A stretch of 64,000 nucleotides of DNA from a virus, in the IMG/VR virus record IMGVR_UViG_3300045988_139610. One strand, given 5' to 3'. The first letter of the stretch is position 1; the number at the start of each line of letters is the position of its first letter. Positions 9,181 to 18,349 of this stretch are shown here, one piece after another. The notes beneath the pieces were generated by a model. It was not told the DNA's origin, made no database searches, and saw nothing but the letters and a program-made list of their open reading frames with translations. Made by a program: the position numbers and the translations under genes.

Positions 9181-9855
9181 TTAATCCTCAAACATATTGA
9201 TTTGAATACTTGGTTTGTAATCATTACAAATATCAATTAATAATTTCACGTTATTTCTGGAATAATTTAAATCTTCCCATTTGGATACTCCGACCTCATA
9301 GAAAAACATTTCTTTTATAATATTATAATCTTTATTAACTTTACTAATACCTAAATGTTCTTTAATTATTTTACCGTAATCAAATACATCTTTTGCTCTT
9401 ATACCAACTAAATGTTTTATTTCTTCTATTTGTTTATCTTGTTCCTCAATCTTATATTTCATATCTTCAACTAATTGATTCATATCGTTTAATAATTCTG
9501 GAAACTCATTAAAATCTTGTATTTCATATTTACCTGTTTTTCTTATTTGTGGTAATACTTCATCCATAACCCACTCTTCAAATTTTTGTGCTGAAGGTAA
9601 TTTACTACCTATTATTAATCTGTATAAATCACCTTCATTGATTAAAGTTGTTTGAGTTTTAACCACCTTGCCATTTTGGCAATGTGATATCATTTCTTTT
9701 CTTTTATGTTTACACTTTTTAGATATAGTAGCACTTGGGTCTGAATATCCTAAAATCGACGCTATATCTTTACCTACAAACCAAGGTTCATTACTTATAT
9801 TTATCACTCTTATTTTCCCAAATTCATCATTGTTAAATAACATTAATTCGTTCAT
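9181..9855 (-). CDS. BRO-N domain antirepressor-like protein
   Basis: FGKIRVI..EPWFVGKDIASILGYSD ... KFEEWVMDEVLPQIRKTGKY fits the Bro-N pattern. Confidence 0.65.
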   Translation of the reverse strand: MNELMLFNNDEFGKIRVINISNEPWFVGKDIASILGYSDPSATISKKCKHKRKEMISHCQNGKVVKTQTTLINEGDLYRLIIGSKLPSAQKFEEWVMDEVLPQIRKTGKYEIQDFNEFPELLNDMNQLVEDMKYKIEEQDKQIEEIKHLVGIRAKDVFDYGKIIKEHLGISKVNKDYNIIKEMFFYEVGVSKWEDLNYSRNNVKLLIDICNDYKPSIQINMFED

Positions 9856-9937
9856 AATATCTCCTCCTATTTTATTAATTATTTTTACTTAAACTTTCTA
9901 AATCTCCATAAAATTCCATCATATCATCCTCTCAAAC

Positions 9938-10015
9938 CTAGTAATATCAATTGTTCGTATAAAAGTGTACCCGCTTTGCATGAAAGTGTACCTGCTTTAC
10001 ATAAAAGTGTACCCT
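9938..10015. promoter_or_regulatory. Iteron-like block: CTAGTAATATCAA plus three 21-bp direct repeats AAAGTGTACC(C/T)GCTTT(G/A)CAT
   Basis: Repeats start at 9962, 9983 and 10004 (the last truncated), giving a 21-nt period. 9938-9950 is the reverse complement of the TTGATATTACTAG iteron seen at 34.7-35.2 kb. Confidence 0.6.
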
Positions 10016-10055
10016 AATAAATAGATAAATATATAAATAGATAAAAAAATAAATA

Positions 10056-10922
10056 TTAATCTCTTTTTTCTCTTTCTTCTTTTTCTCTTCTTCTTTCTAT
10101 ATATTCTTCATACGATATAAGTCGAATGTAAGTTACAGAAGTATAAACTATCTTCCCATTTTTATTTTGTATTTTTTCTGTTTTCGTATATTTTTCAATT
10201 AAATCAATATCCCTTAATAAATCAAGAGTTTTATTAAGTTCTTTTTTATTTTTCCCACTATCTGAATTCAATCCAATATTATTGTTTATGCTTTCTTTTA
10301 TTATTCTTGTAAAAGTTTTAGTGTTGCATCTATATTTCAACAACATATAAACTTTTATAGTTGACGATTTTAAATCATTAAGTAATGTTTTTAATATTTC
10401 TTCTTCTATAGTAACATATTTACGTCCGTCTTTATTCTTATAATTAATTATATATGTAGTTTTTCCATTTATAATTTTCGCAACAACTAAGCTACTTTCT
10501 AATTTGGCTAATTTCTTTATATTCCTTTTAACAGTGTCAAATTTATTTTTACTATACTCTTCAATTTTAGATTGGTTAAGTATTAAATCATCTTCTGTGA
10601 TATATCTATGGTCTTCACCTTTAGTATATTTACTAAATAAGGTCATCAAACCATATGTGTTATAATCGCATTTCTTATCCTTCATGTTCTTTTCATCTGT
10701 ACTTATTGGGAATCTAATAATATTGTCTTTAGACATACCGATAGCAACTGTGTCTTTATCTATTATTAAATCTTTTATATCATCGTCTACACCAATCATT
10801 TCACCTATTAAATCATAATCTAATTCTCTTTGAGATTCAGTATCATCTATATCTGGAATCTCATTAAACTGATTTCCTATTAAATCATAATTTAATTGTT
10901 TTTGATAATCTAATTCTTCCAA
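10056..10922 (-). CDS. Hypothetical protein, possible replication organiser / wHTH protein
   Basis: TTG start at 10922 behind AAGGAGGTGA. Sits next to the iteron-like block. The functional call is weak. Confidence 0.35.
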   Translation of the reverse strand: MEELDYQKQLNYDLIGNQFNEIPDIDDTESQRELDYDLIGEMIGVDDDIKDLIIDKDTVAIGMSKDNIIRFPISTDEKNMKDKKCDYNTYGLMTLFSKYTKGEDHRYITEDDLILNQSKIEEYSKNKFDTVKRNIKKLAKLESSLVVAKIINGKTTYIINYKNKDGRKYVTIEEEILKTLLNDLKSSTIKVYMLLKYRCNTKTFTRIIKESINNNIGLNSDSGKNKKELNKTLDLLRDIDLIEKYTKTEKIQNKNGKIVYTSVTYIRLISYEEYIERRREKEEREKRD

Positions 10923-10935
10923 GTTATCACCTCCT

Positions 10936-11343
10936 TTACCACCATAACGCATATTTTATTAAATCATATATTTTCCATATAGATTCTATTTTATCTATCA
11001 CTTCTTGTTCTTTTCTCTTTTTATCAAAAGGTTCTAATGTTAGTTCTAATCTTAATCCCTCAAGAATTTTATTTATACATTCTTCTTGTGTTAATTCTTC
11101 CTCATTATATTTAAATGTGTGGAAACTTAAATTTACTATTCCTTTAGTTATTTCTTTATATTTGCATAAACGTTCATATAATAATAAATTCATAGTAAAA
11201 TTTAAATCCCATGTTTCTCTTTCATCAAAACCATCTTCATATATTTCCTCTGTCCAATATTTTTCTCTTGAATCACCTTTATTCCATCCCCACGGAGTTT
11301 CTTTTAATTCTATTCCTATTTCTTTAAGATATCTTCTGCCCAT
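10936..11343 (-). CDS. Hypothetical protein
   Basis: 135-aa ORF. Its stop overlaps the SD of the next gene. Confidence 0.5.
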   Translation of the reverse strand: MGRRYLKEIGIELKETPWGWNKGDSREKYWTEEIYEDGFDERETWDLNFTMNLLLYERLCKYKEITKGIVNLSFHTFKYNEEELTQEECINKILEGLRLELTLEPFDKKRKEQEVIDKIESIWKIYDLIKYALWW

Positions 11344-11450
11344 TTTTTATACCTCCTAATAAAAATTTCATTTTATTTGACTTTATCTCTTTTAAAAATT
11401 ATAAAATTTTACCTCTTTGTTTAATAGTATTAAGTTATTGCTTTTTTGTC

Positions 11451-11630
11451 TCAAGATAGTCTCTTTCCCTTATAGTTTATAGCTACATTTAAATAATCTA
11501 ATGTTGTTTCTAAACATACATATTCTTCATAGTCTGGATTTATATCATTTTTCACTTTTTCAATAATATCATATGCTTTTCTTAATTCTTCTCTTTTATC
11601 TTCTTTTAACAAAATATAATTTTCATTCAT
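11451..11630 (-). CDS. Hypothetical 59-aa protein
   Basis: MNENYILLKEDKREEL... SD GGGGTGG upstream. Below the ORF-track cutoff. Confidence 0.45.
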   Translation of the reverse strand: MNENYILLKEDKREELRKAYDIIEKVKNDINPDYEEYVCLETTLDYLNVAINYKGKRLS

Positions 11631-11657
11631 GTCTTACCACCCCTTTATTAATTATTT

Positions 11658-11843
11658 TCACATATCTGACTTTTCCATAAGTTGTTTAAAATCCTCAAAT
11701 TCATCGAGTATTTTATTTATATCTTTATTTAATTCACAATCATTACAGGAATGATTGCATATACTTTGACTATCACATATTGTTGCTATGACTAATTCTT
11801 TTATTTCTTCTAATTTATCTAACATTTCTTCTATATACATCAT
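11658..11843 (-). CDS. Hypothetical protein
   Basis: 61-aa acidic, Cys-containing ORF with SD AAGGAGAA. Confidence 0.45.
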   Translation of the reverse strand: MMYIEEMLDKLEEIKELVIATICDSQSICNHSCNDCELNKDINKILDEFEDFKQLMEKSDM

Positions 11844-11881
11844 ATTATTATTCTCCTTTTATTAATTATTTTTATCTATCG

Positions 11882-12052
11882 CTTAATTGAGTAACAGATA
11901 CATTTTCGATAACTCTTTCGTCTTTAGTTTCTAGTATATATTTAAAGTTAACCAAGTCGTATGTTACCCCTGTAACTCTACATTTTATTTTCTTAGTTCC
12001 TTTCTTTGGTCGGTAATAAATCCAATCATTAATATTAAACATAATATTTACC
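11882..12052 (-). CDS. Hypothetical 56-aa protein
   Basis: MFNINDWIYYRPKKGTKK... SD AAGGGGG. Below the ORF-track cutoff. Confidence 0.45.
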
Positions 12053-12127
12053 CCCTTATACTTATAATTATAATACTTTTATTTATATTGTCAATGCTTT
12101 ATTAATTATTTTTACTTCAATGTCTTA

Positions 12128-12859
12128 TTAATAATTTATTGCATTTTCTTTATTCACAAAGAAATGTATTCCAGTACTGCATTCATTCCATCTATTATTA
12201 TCAAAATTATCCACACTTACTATTTCTCCAACTTTGTATATGAAATTGCTGTCATAACTACTTCTTATTTCTTTTACTTTATCTCCCGTTTCAATGTTTT
12301 CTATATCTAATACTTTAGCTTTATCACATCTACATTTTGCAGTAGTCGCACTACTTCTTTTAGAATCTTCTAATATCAATAACTTAACTATACATCCATT
12401 AGCTTTCTTATATCCTATAAAACTACCAGTTTCTGGACAAGCTAAATTATAACCAATAGTATGAATATTTGTTTTTATATCTTTTAAATTAGCACTACTT
12501 AAATCAGCACATCTCAAATTAGTATCTTTTAAATTAGAATAGCTTAAATTAGAATAGCTTAAATCTGCATTACTTAAATTAGTATATCTTAAATCAGCAT
12601 ATCTTAAATCTGCACATCTTAAATTGACACATCTTAAATCAGTATATCTTAAATTAGTATATCTTAAATCTGCATATTTTAAATTAACACATCTTAAATT
12701 AGTATTACTTAAATTAGCATTTTTTAAATTAGCGTTTTTTAAATTAGCACCACTTAAATCAACATTACTTAAATTAGCACGTTTTCCTCCTTCTCTTTTT
12801 AACCACAATTCATGTTCCTTTAATATTTTATTTAATTCTTCTTGATTTATATTTTTCAT
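12128..12859 (-). CDS. Pentapeptide-repeat protein with DUF7666-like C-terminal domain
   Basis: About 20 consecutive A(D/N)LxY/N-type pentapeptides (ANLKNANLSNTNLRCVNLKYADLRY...). The C-terminal ..CSTGIHFF resembles the AGFHFC motif of ORF 6933-7520. Confidence 0.75.
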   Translation of the reverse strand: MKNINQEELNKILKEHELWLKREGGKRANLSNVDLSGANLKNANLKNANLSNTNLRCVNLKYADLRYTNLRYTDLRCVNLRCADLRYADLRYTNLSNADLSYSNLSYSNLKDTNLRCADLSSANLKDIKTNIHTIGYNLACPETGSFIGYKKANGCIVKLLILEDSKRSSATTAKCRCDKAKVLDIENIETGDKVKEIRSSYDSNFIYKVGEIVSVDNFDNNRWNECSTGIHFFVNKENAINY

Positions 12860-12875
12860 ATTTATTTCTCCTTTA

Positions 12876-13451
12876 TTAATTATTTTTAATTTCTTTTATT
12901 ATATCTTTAATTAAATTGATTTTTCTATTAATTGTCACACTACTTACATTTAATTTTTTAGATATATTTTTTTGCTTGTATCCATCCATTAACATATCCA
13001 TAATTATATGTAATTCTTCTGCATTAATCTTATTAAATTTATTAATATTTCTTTTTTTTATTATACTATCAAATTCATTCATTAATTCTATATATTCGAT
13101 ATTTTGATATTCTAAATCTATTTTTCCTATAGTATCTAATAGAGTAGTCTGTTCTTTATCATCGTCAGATATATTAACATCCATAGATATAAGCATATCT
13201 TTGTCTCTATAATAAGTGTTTCTTAAATAGACATTGTATGAATTGTATATAATTGCACAAATAAATTTTTTAATATCCCCTTTAGACTCATCAAATTTAT
13301 TTCTAGATTCCCAAAGTTGTAGTAACGAATATTGAATCATATCTTCTTTAATTTTGAAAAATCCATTATAATTTTTATTATATATCTTACCAGCTAATTC
13401 TAAAGATAAATTTACATATTCTGTATCACTTATCATTGTTTTACTCATCAC
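12876..13451 (-). CDS. Small sigma-70-family (ECF/TcdR-size) sigma factor-like protein
   Basis: Region-2-like EDMIQYSLLQLWESRNKFD..FICAIIYNSYNVYLR and region-4 HTH ISKKLNVSSVTINRKINLIKDIIKE. Paralogue of 13529-14119. Confidence 0.6.
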   Translation of the reverse strand: MMSKTMISDTEYVNLSLELAGKIYNKNYNGFFKIKEDMIQYSLLQLWESRNKFDESKGDIKKFICAIIYNSYNVYLRNTYYRDKDMLISMDVNISDDDKEQTTLLDTIGKIDLEYQNIEYIELMNEFDSIIKKRNINKFNKINAEELHIIMDMLMDGYKQKNISKKLNVSSVTINRKINLIKDIIKEIKNN

Positions 13452-13528
13452 TTTACCCCCTATAGTTTATTAATTATTTTTATCTATACATAGATTGTAT
13501 GATATTGTAATGATATTTGCCACCTCCT

Positions 13529-14119
13529 TTATTCATTATTTTTTATTTCTGTAATTATATCTTTTATTCTATTGACTTTCTTATTAACATTCGTACTGCT
13601 TACTCCTAACATTTTGCTGATTTCGCATTTATTATAGCCTTCATATAGTTTATTAATTATAAAATGTAACTCATCCAAATCTATTTTTCTACTTGTATGT
13701 TTATTTCTCTCTTCAACTATATTATTAAATTTATTTATAAACTCTTGTTTTTCAATATTTTTATAGTTGATATCTTCTTTAAGAAAATGACTAATTAATT
13801 TATTATATTCCTTTCTACAATCCAGTAATGTATCATTCATTGTATATATTCCTTCAGCAGAAATAACTTTACCTTTATTTTTATATACAAAGTCTCTCAC
13901 ATATTTTGTCATGCTCTTCCATGCAATAGCATTAAGATAAGTATTTAATGAAACATTTTTGCTTTCATCATATCTTTTTATGGCACTACACATTTGCATA
14001 TAAGCATATGATTGCATATCGTCTTTAAATAGAGAGAATGTTTTAAATCGTTTATTCCATATTCCCTTTGTTATTTTTATCATCAATCTTCCTTGTTCTT
14101 CTGAAATTTTTTCTTTCAT
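13529..14119 (-). CDS. Small sigma-70-family sigma factor-like protein (paralogue)
   Basis: DDMQSYAYMQMCSAIKRYD..YLNAIAWKSMTKYVRD and C-terminal HTH ISKMLGVSSTNVNKKVNRIKDIITE. Confidence 0.6.
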   Translation of the reverse strand: MKEKISEEQGRLMIKITKGIWNKRFKTFSLFKDDMQSYAYMQMCSAIKRYDESKNVSLNTYLNAIAWKSMTKYVRDFVYKNKGKVISAEGIYTMNDTLLDCRKEYNKLISHFLKEDINYKNIEKQEFINKFNNIVEERNKHTSRKIDLDELHFIINKLYEGYNKCEISKMLGVSSTNVNKKVNRIKDIITEIKNNE

Positions 14120-14209
14120 GTTTTCTTCCCCTTGTTTATCTTATACTATATATCATATGAACTTACTTGCCAAAAGTCAATACCTTTGACAAGATTTTAT
14201 TAATTATTT

Positions 14210-14821
14210 TTAATTATCTTCTTCCCTACACCATTTTCTAAATACAATATGATATTCATCTTCCCACAAATCTAAAACAAATCCTTTATTTACATCAGTT
14301 ACATCGACAAGACTTTCGTTACAACAATACATCCAATCTTTTATATCTTTTTTATCAACTAAATTTACGTCAAAATAATATTCCTTATTTTTATTAAATA
14401 TAAGCTCTTTTGAATGATTATTTATAGGTTTATCTTCTAAATTATCTAATAATGAAAATCCTGCATCTGTCCAATGGTCATTTTTATCTATACCAAAAAA
14501 TATTTTTCCTTCAAATTCTTTAGGTTTACTGCCTTTTAGACTTGATTTTGTTTGTATTGTTCCTATAACATCATTTATAATGTCATTCCCATATACATTT
14601 TCTGTTTCTGTGGATTTAACATCTACTTCTATTTTATTGCAACTATAAGGAAATACAACGTATTCCTCACCTTCTACTTTAACAATGCCTATATATTCAG
14701 TTTCTGGCTCTACAATTAATCCATCACATACACTTGTCCAAGTAAATTTCTCACCATTATAAAGATAATACTTATTTTCACTAAAGACATATAATGCTTT
14801 TAAATCAAATTTATCTAACAT
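14210..14821 (-). CDS. Hypothetical protein (paralogous ends with 16531-16875)
   Basis: 203-aa ORF. The C-terminal YHIVFRKWCREE resembles AYIVFVNWCKEV. Confidence 0.5.
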   Translation of the reverse strand: MLDKFDLKALYVFSENKYYLYNGEKFTWTSVCDGLIVEPETEYIGIVKVEGEEYVVFPYSCNKIEVDVKSTETENVYGNDIINDVIGTIQTKSSLKGSKPKEFEGKIFFGIDKNDHWTDAGFSLLDNLEDKPINNHSKELIFNKNKEYYFDVNLVDKKDIKDWMYCCNESLVDVTDVNKGFVLDLWEDEYHIVFRKWCREEDN

Positions 14822-14875
14822 ATTTTCTCCTCCTTATATTCGATTTTAAGACTTTCCACGTTGATACTTAACTAA

Positions 14876-15139
14876 TTAATCCTCGTATTTCCAATTGTCG
14901 CTTAAAAACTTTACTGATTCGTCACAACATAATTCAGCCTTAATCATATTCCAGCTTAATAAATTACATTCACTTAAATACATCATATTATTTGTATAAT
15001 TATTTATTTGTTCCTCACTCATTCCTAATGTTTTTATAATATATTTTTTTGAATACCATACTTCACCGTGATTAGATACATCTTCTGTTACATAATCTAT
15101 TAAATTTAATATCTGTTTTAAACTTAATATTTCATTCAT
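14876..15139 (-). CDS. Hypothetical protein
   Basis: 87-aa ORF with SD AAGGAGG. Confidence 0.5.
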   Translation of the reverse strand: MNEILSLKQILNLIDYVTEDVSNHGEVWYSKKYIIKTLGMSEEQINNYTNNMMYLSECNLLSWNMIKAELCCDESVKFLSDNWKYED

Positions 15140-15156
15140 ATTAAAACCTCCTTTTA

Positions 15157-15585
15157 TTAATTATTTTCTTCTACTTCTTTTGTTATACCTAAATAACTTC
15201 CTCCAATGCTTTCCACCCATGTTATAAATTCTTCAATAAATCTTTCTTCGTCCATTTCAGATATAACAATTCCGTTTATTTCCACGCTGTGAGGTTTTCT
15301 TTCTTTGACAAAATCTTTCCAATCAATAATAGGTAAATGACTATAATTTTTCTTATAAAAATTAACGGTTCCATAAACTAAAGTTTTATGTTCTTCTTTA
15401 TATTGATATCGTAAACAAGAGTTATATCCATATTCATTATACATTGTGTATAATAATGAAAATAGATTTTCTTCTTCTGGTAAACAAACTTTACTTTGTT
15501 CATAAAAATCTCTTACATCATTAATTTCTTCAAAATGGATTATTAATTCCCCATCTTTAAATTTTTTCCAATTTGCTTTGTTCAT
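15157..15585 (-). CDS. Hypothetical protein
   Basis: 142-aa ORF with SD GGGAGG. Ends ..ENN* in the 16-mer. Confidence 0.5.
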   Translation of the reverse strand: MNKANWKKFKDGELIIHFEEINDVRDFYEQSKVCLPEEENLFSLLYTMYNEYGYNSCLRYQYKEEHKTLVYGTVNFYKKNYSHLPIIDWKDFVKERKPHSVEINGIVISEMDEERFIEEFITWVESIGGSYLGITKEVEENN

Positions 15586-15609
15586 AATATCTACCTCCCT
15601 ATACTTATA

Positions 15610-15638
15610 ATTATATAACCTTCAATATCATTTGTCAA
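15610..15638 (-). promoter_or_regulatory. SigA-type promoter TTGACA-N17-TATAAT
   Basis: Reverse complement reads TTGACAaatgatattgaaggttaTATAAT. The 16-mer variant lies 5 nt upstream. Confidence 0.6.
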
Positions 15639-15650
15639 TAAGTTTATTAA

Positions 15651-16235
15651 TTATTTTAGCTTTAAATTATGTAATTTTTTAATTTTTTCTTTTTTCTCAC
15701 CATTGCTTTCAGTATAATACTTTTCATTATATCGTTTAATACTTGCCTCATCTTTTATAGGTTTTTCTTTTTGTATATAATTACTTAAAGCATCCAATAT
15801 CGTATTGTAAGCTTTATCAAATCCGTATAATTTACGATTTTCATTTTCTGTAATTCTACGCTTAGTTAATTGATTTTTCATATTATTTAAAAATTCTAAT
15901 TGTTTTGTTTCTTCTAATTCTCCTAAGTCTAATTCTTCAAGTTGATGATATAATTTATTTTTAACATTACCATAATTATGTTCTTCTCTTGTTACTTCTA
16001 CTTGGTATTTACCAAGCTCTATTAAGTCATCTATAAGATTATTATATAACTTTTCAAAAGACTTTTTACCTGTATGTTTTACGAATTGCACTTTATCATC
16101 TTTATAAACTGTTATTTCAGCAGGTATATTTGAATATTCTTGTTTAATTTCATTATATTTTTCCATACACTCTTTATAACTATCTGCTTTCAAAGAGAAA
16201 CTGCCATATTTTAATCCAATTTTTATTTTATACAT
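15651..16235 (-). CDS. Hypothetical protein
   Basis: 194-aa ORF, K/E-rich and probably helical. Confidence 0.5.
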   Translation of the reverse strand: MYKIKIGLKYGSFSLKADSYKECMEKYNEIKQEYSNIPAEITVYKDDKVQFVKHTGKKSFEKLYNNLIDDLIELGKYQVEVTREEHNYGNVKNKLYHQLEELDLGELEETKQLEFLNNMKNQLTKRRITENENRKLYGFDKAYNTILDALSNYIQKEKPIKDEASIKRYNEKYYTESNGEKKEKIKKLHNLKLK

Positions 16236-16272
16236 CTTCTTTCCCCCTTATACATTATTTTATTAATTATTT

Positions 16273-16491
16273 TTATACTTCTAAATCAAATCCCCTTAAA
16301 TGATTATAATAACTTTCTCTTTTATCTGCTCTGTCTAACACATCCACTCTACATTGAAGAAAATCTATAACCTTTTCTAAAAAATCATCATCAAAATCTT
16401 GATTAATTTCTTTACAATATATAGCGTCTTCTTCTACGCTATTTGCTACTATTTCGTACGCTTCTTTAACATTCATAGTACCTAATCTCAT
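16273..16491 (-). CDS. Hypothetical protein
   Basis: 72-aa ORF with SD GGGGAAA. Confidence 0.45.
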   Translation of the reverse strand: MRLGTMNVKEAYEIVANSVEEDAIYCKEINQDFDDDFLEKVIDFLQCRVDVLDRADKRESYYNHLRGFDLEV

Positions 16492-16530
16492 ATTAATTTC
16501 CCCCTTTTATTTTATCTTTTGTATATTATA

Positions 16531-16875
16531 TTATACTTCTTTGCACCAATTCACAAATACTATGTAGGCTTCACCTTTATCATTGAAACAATAACCATTT
16601 TTTTTATTTTCAACTTTAACAGGTTTACCATCTATTTCTATTTGCCATCCACTCAACTCTCCTAGATGTTTTGATATTAATCTCTTATCAAATACATATT
16701 GTTTTCCTACTTCAAACTCTTCTACTTTGTTTCCTAAGCACATACATTGACTAGGTAAAATTATTTTTTCTTCACCGTTTTCTGGTATAATCCCAGTAAA
16801 TTCATCCACAAGTGTTACAAGCTCTCCTTTGTATATATAATTTTTGCTTGAATCAAATAAATCAACTTTCTTCAT
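16531..16875 (-). CDS. Hypothetical protein
   Basis: Start moved to ATG 16875 (SD AAGGAG). Confidence 0.5.
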   Translation of the reverse strand: MKKVDLFDSSKNYIYKGELVTLVDEFTGIIPENGEEKIILPSQCMCLGNKVEEFEVGKQYVFDKRLISKHLGELSGWQIEIDGKPVKVENKKNGYCFNDKGEAYIVFVNWCKEV

Positions 16876-16967
16876 ATTTACCAACTCCTTTTTATTTATT
16901 ATTATGTATTAAGTATATCATAACCAAATTATCTTTGTCAATACTTTTTATTAATTATTTATAAAGT

Positions 16968-17744
16968 TTAATCATCTATTTCTACTTCATATTCATACAT
17001 TGCATCATATAGCTTTTGTGGTATATGCTCTTTGTAATAATCTGCTACTTCTTTAATGTTACGTTCTTTATAATATTTATATACTTCAAATCCTTTTTCC
17101 TGTGTATCATATAATCCCAGGTATTTTAGTTTAGATTTACCAGTGCTAGGGTTAAGTAATCTACAATGCACTATATATTTACCATTTACAGGAGTTGTAC
17201 CTATAACTGATTCACCTCTTATATTATCGTTTTTGATAAATAACTTGTTTATTGTTTGTGGTACATAAATACAAGTCTCTGGTGAATATATTTTGTTATG
17301 TTTAACTAAAATATCTTTATCAAGACACATTTGTTGCCCTTCTATTTGATAAAAATTATCTTTATTCCACATTCCGAAATTTTGAAAATTATGAAATTCT
17401 TCTGAAACGGTACAATTGATATAAGTAGGGTGTTTTTCATGGTATTTTCTATCATAACATCTTTGCATCATATTGTGCCAAACATTATAGATTCTAGTAT
17501 TTTTACCATTTTCTCTTGCTTTATATTCCCCTTCTCCCAGATAACCAACTCCATATACGTTTCTCTCATAAGGGCAACTAATTTTACCATTTTTAAAATG
17601 GTCATATGTTACCCCTTTAGCAATCCAATCATACTCTGGAAAATATACATCAATATTCATACATCCATTATAGTCTACAATTACCATTTTGCTACCAAAA
17701 TTATTTGTTCCCTCTTCTCTTGTTCTATTAATTTTAGTCGCCAT
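16968..17744 (-). CDS. AP2-like DNA-binding protein (homing-endonuclease-associated type), paralogue of 41024-41800
   Basis: The C-terminal GKYIVHCRL..GKSKLKYLGLYDTQEKGFEVYKYY fits the AP2 strand/helix pattern. No nuclease motif was recognised. Confidence 0.45.
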   Translation of the reverse strand: MATKINRTREEGTNNFGSKMVIVDYNGCMNIDVYFPEYDWIAKGVTYDHFKNGKISCPYERNVYGVGYLGEGEYKARENGKNTRIYNVWHNMMQRCYDRKYHEKHPTYINCTVSEEFHNFQNFGMWNKDNFYQIEGQQMCLDKDILVKHNKIYSPETCIYVPQTINKLFIKNDNIRGESVIGTTPVNGKYIVHCRLLNPSTGKSKLKYLGLYDTQEKGFEVYKYYKERNIKEVADYYKEHIPQKLYDAMYEYEVEIDD

Positions 17745-17765
17745 AATATATCATCCCCTTATTAA

Positions 17766-18077
17766 TTATTTATAAATTTTATAATATGTAAGAAGGTCGT
17801 ACATTCCCTTTGTTCCTCTTATAATAAACCACTTTTTAAATTGCTTCTTACTTATATGAGTATATATCTTTACACATTCTGAATCTGGTACATCCTCAAA
17901 TATAACATTATTGAATAAGAAGTTTTTAAATGTTTCATAATCTGATTGATTATAAAGTGTATCTATTATCTTGCAATTTCTTTGTTGTTGAATTTTTATA
18001 TTTCTAATTCTTTCTTTATTTTTTTCAATTATATTCCCACCTGCACAATTAATAGGTTCTATTATCATATTTATCAT
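17766..18077 (-). CDS. Hypothetical protein
   Basis: 103-aa ORF. Confidence 0.45.
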   Translation of the reverse strand: MINMIIEPINCAGGNIIEKNKERIRNIKIQQQRNCKIIDTLYNQSDYETFKNFLFNNVIFEDVPDSECVKIYTHISKKQFKKWFIIRGTKGMYDLLTYYKIYK

Positions 18078-18144
18078 TCATCCCCCTTGTTTTTATTTTA
18101 TATATATATTATATGATGTTTATTATAATTTATCAACTGTTTTA

Positions 18145-18234
18145 TTAATTATTTTTATAATTAATTATGAATAATAAAAAGCCCATTGCCCCACCAACTA
18201 AACTTATAAACATAAATGCTAATACATATTTCAT
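18145..18234 (-). CDS. 29-aa hydrophobic peptide
   Basis: MKYVLAFMFISLVGGAMGFLLFIINYKNN*. SD AGGGGTGA and its own TTGACA-N17-TATTAT promoter. Ends NN* in the 16-mer. Confidence 0.4.
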   Translation of the reverse strand: MKYVLAFMFISLVGGAMGFLLFIINYKNN

Positions 18235-18302
18235 ATTTATCACCCCTTTTATATAATAATAGTACATTTGGATATATTTGTCAATAAGAATGAGCAAAAA
18301 AA

Positions 18303-18323
18303 TAGACTAGATAATTCTAGTCT
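18303..18323 (-). terminator. Intrinsic terminator
   Basis: TAGACTAG-ataat-CTAGTCT hairpin followed by T7 on the minus strand, downstream of 18350-19090. Confidence 0.6.
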
Positions 18324-18349
18324 TTATATTATTATTAATTATTTTTAGA

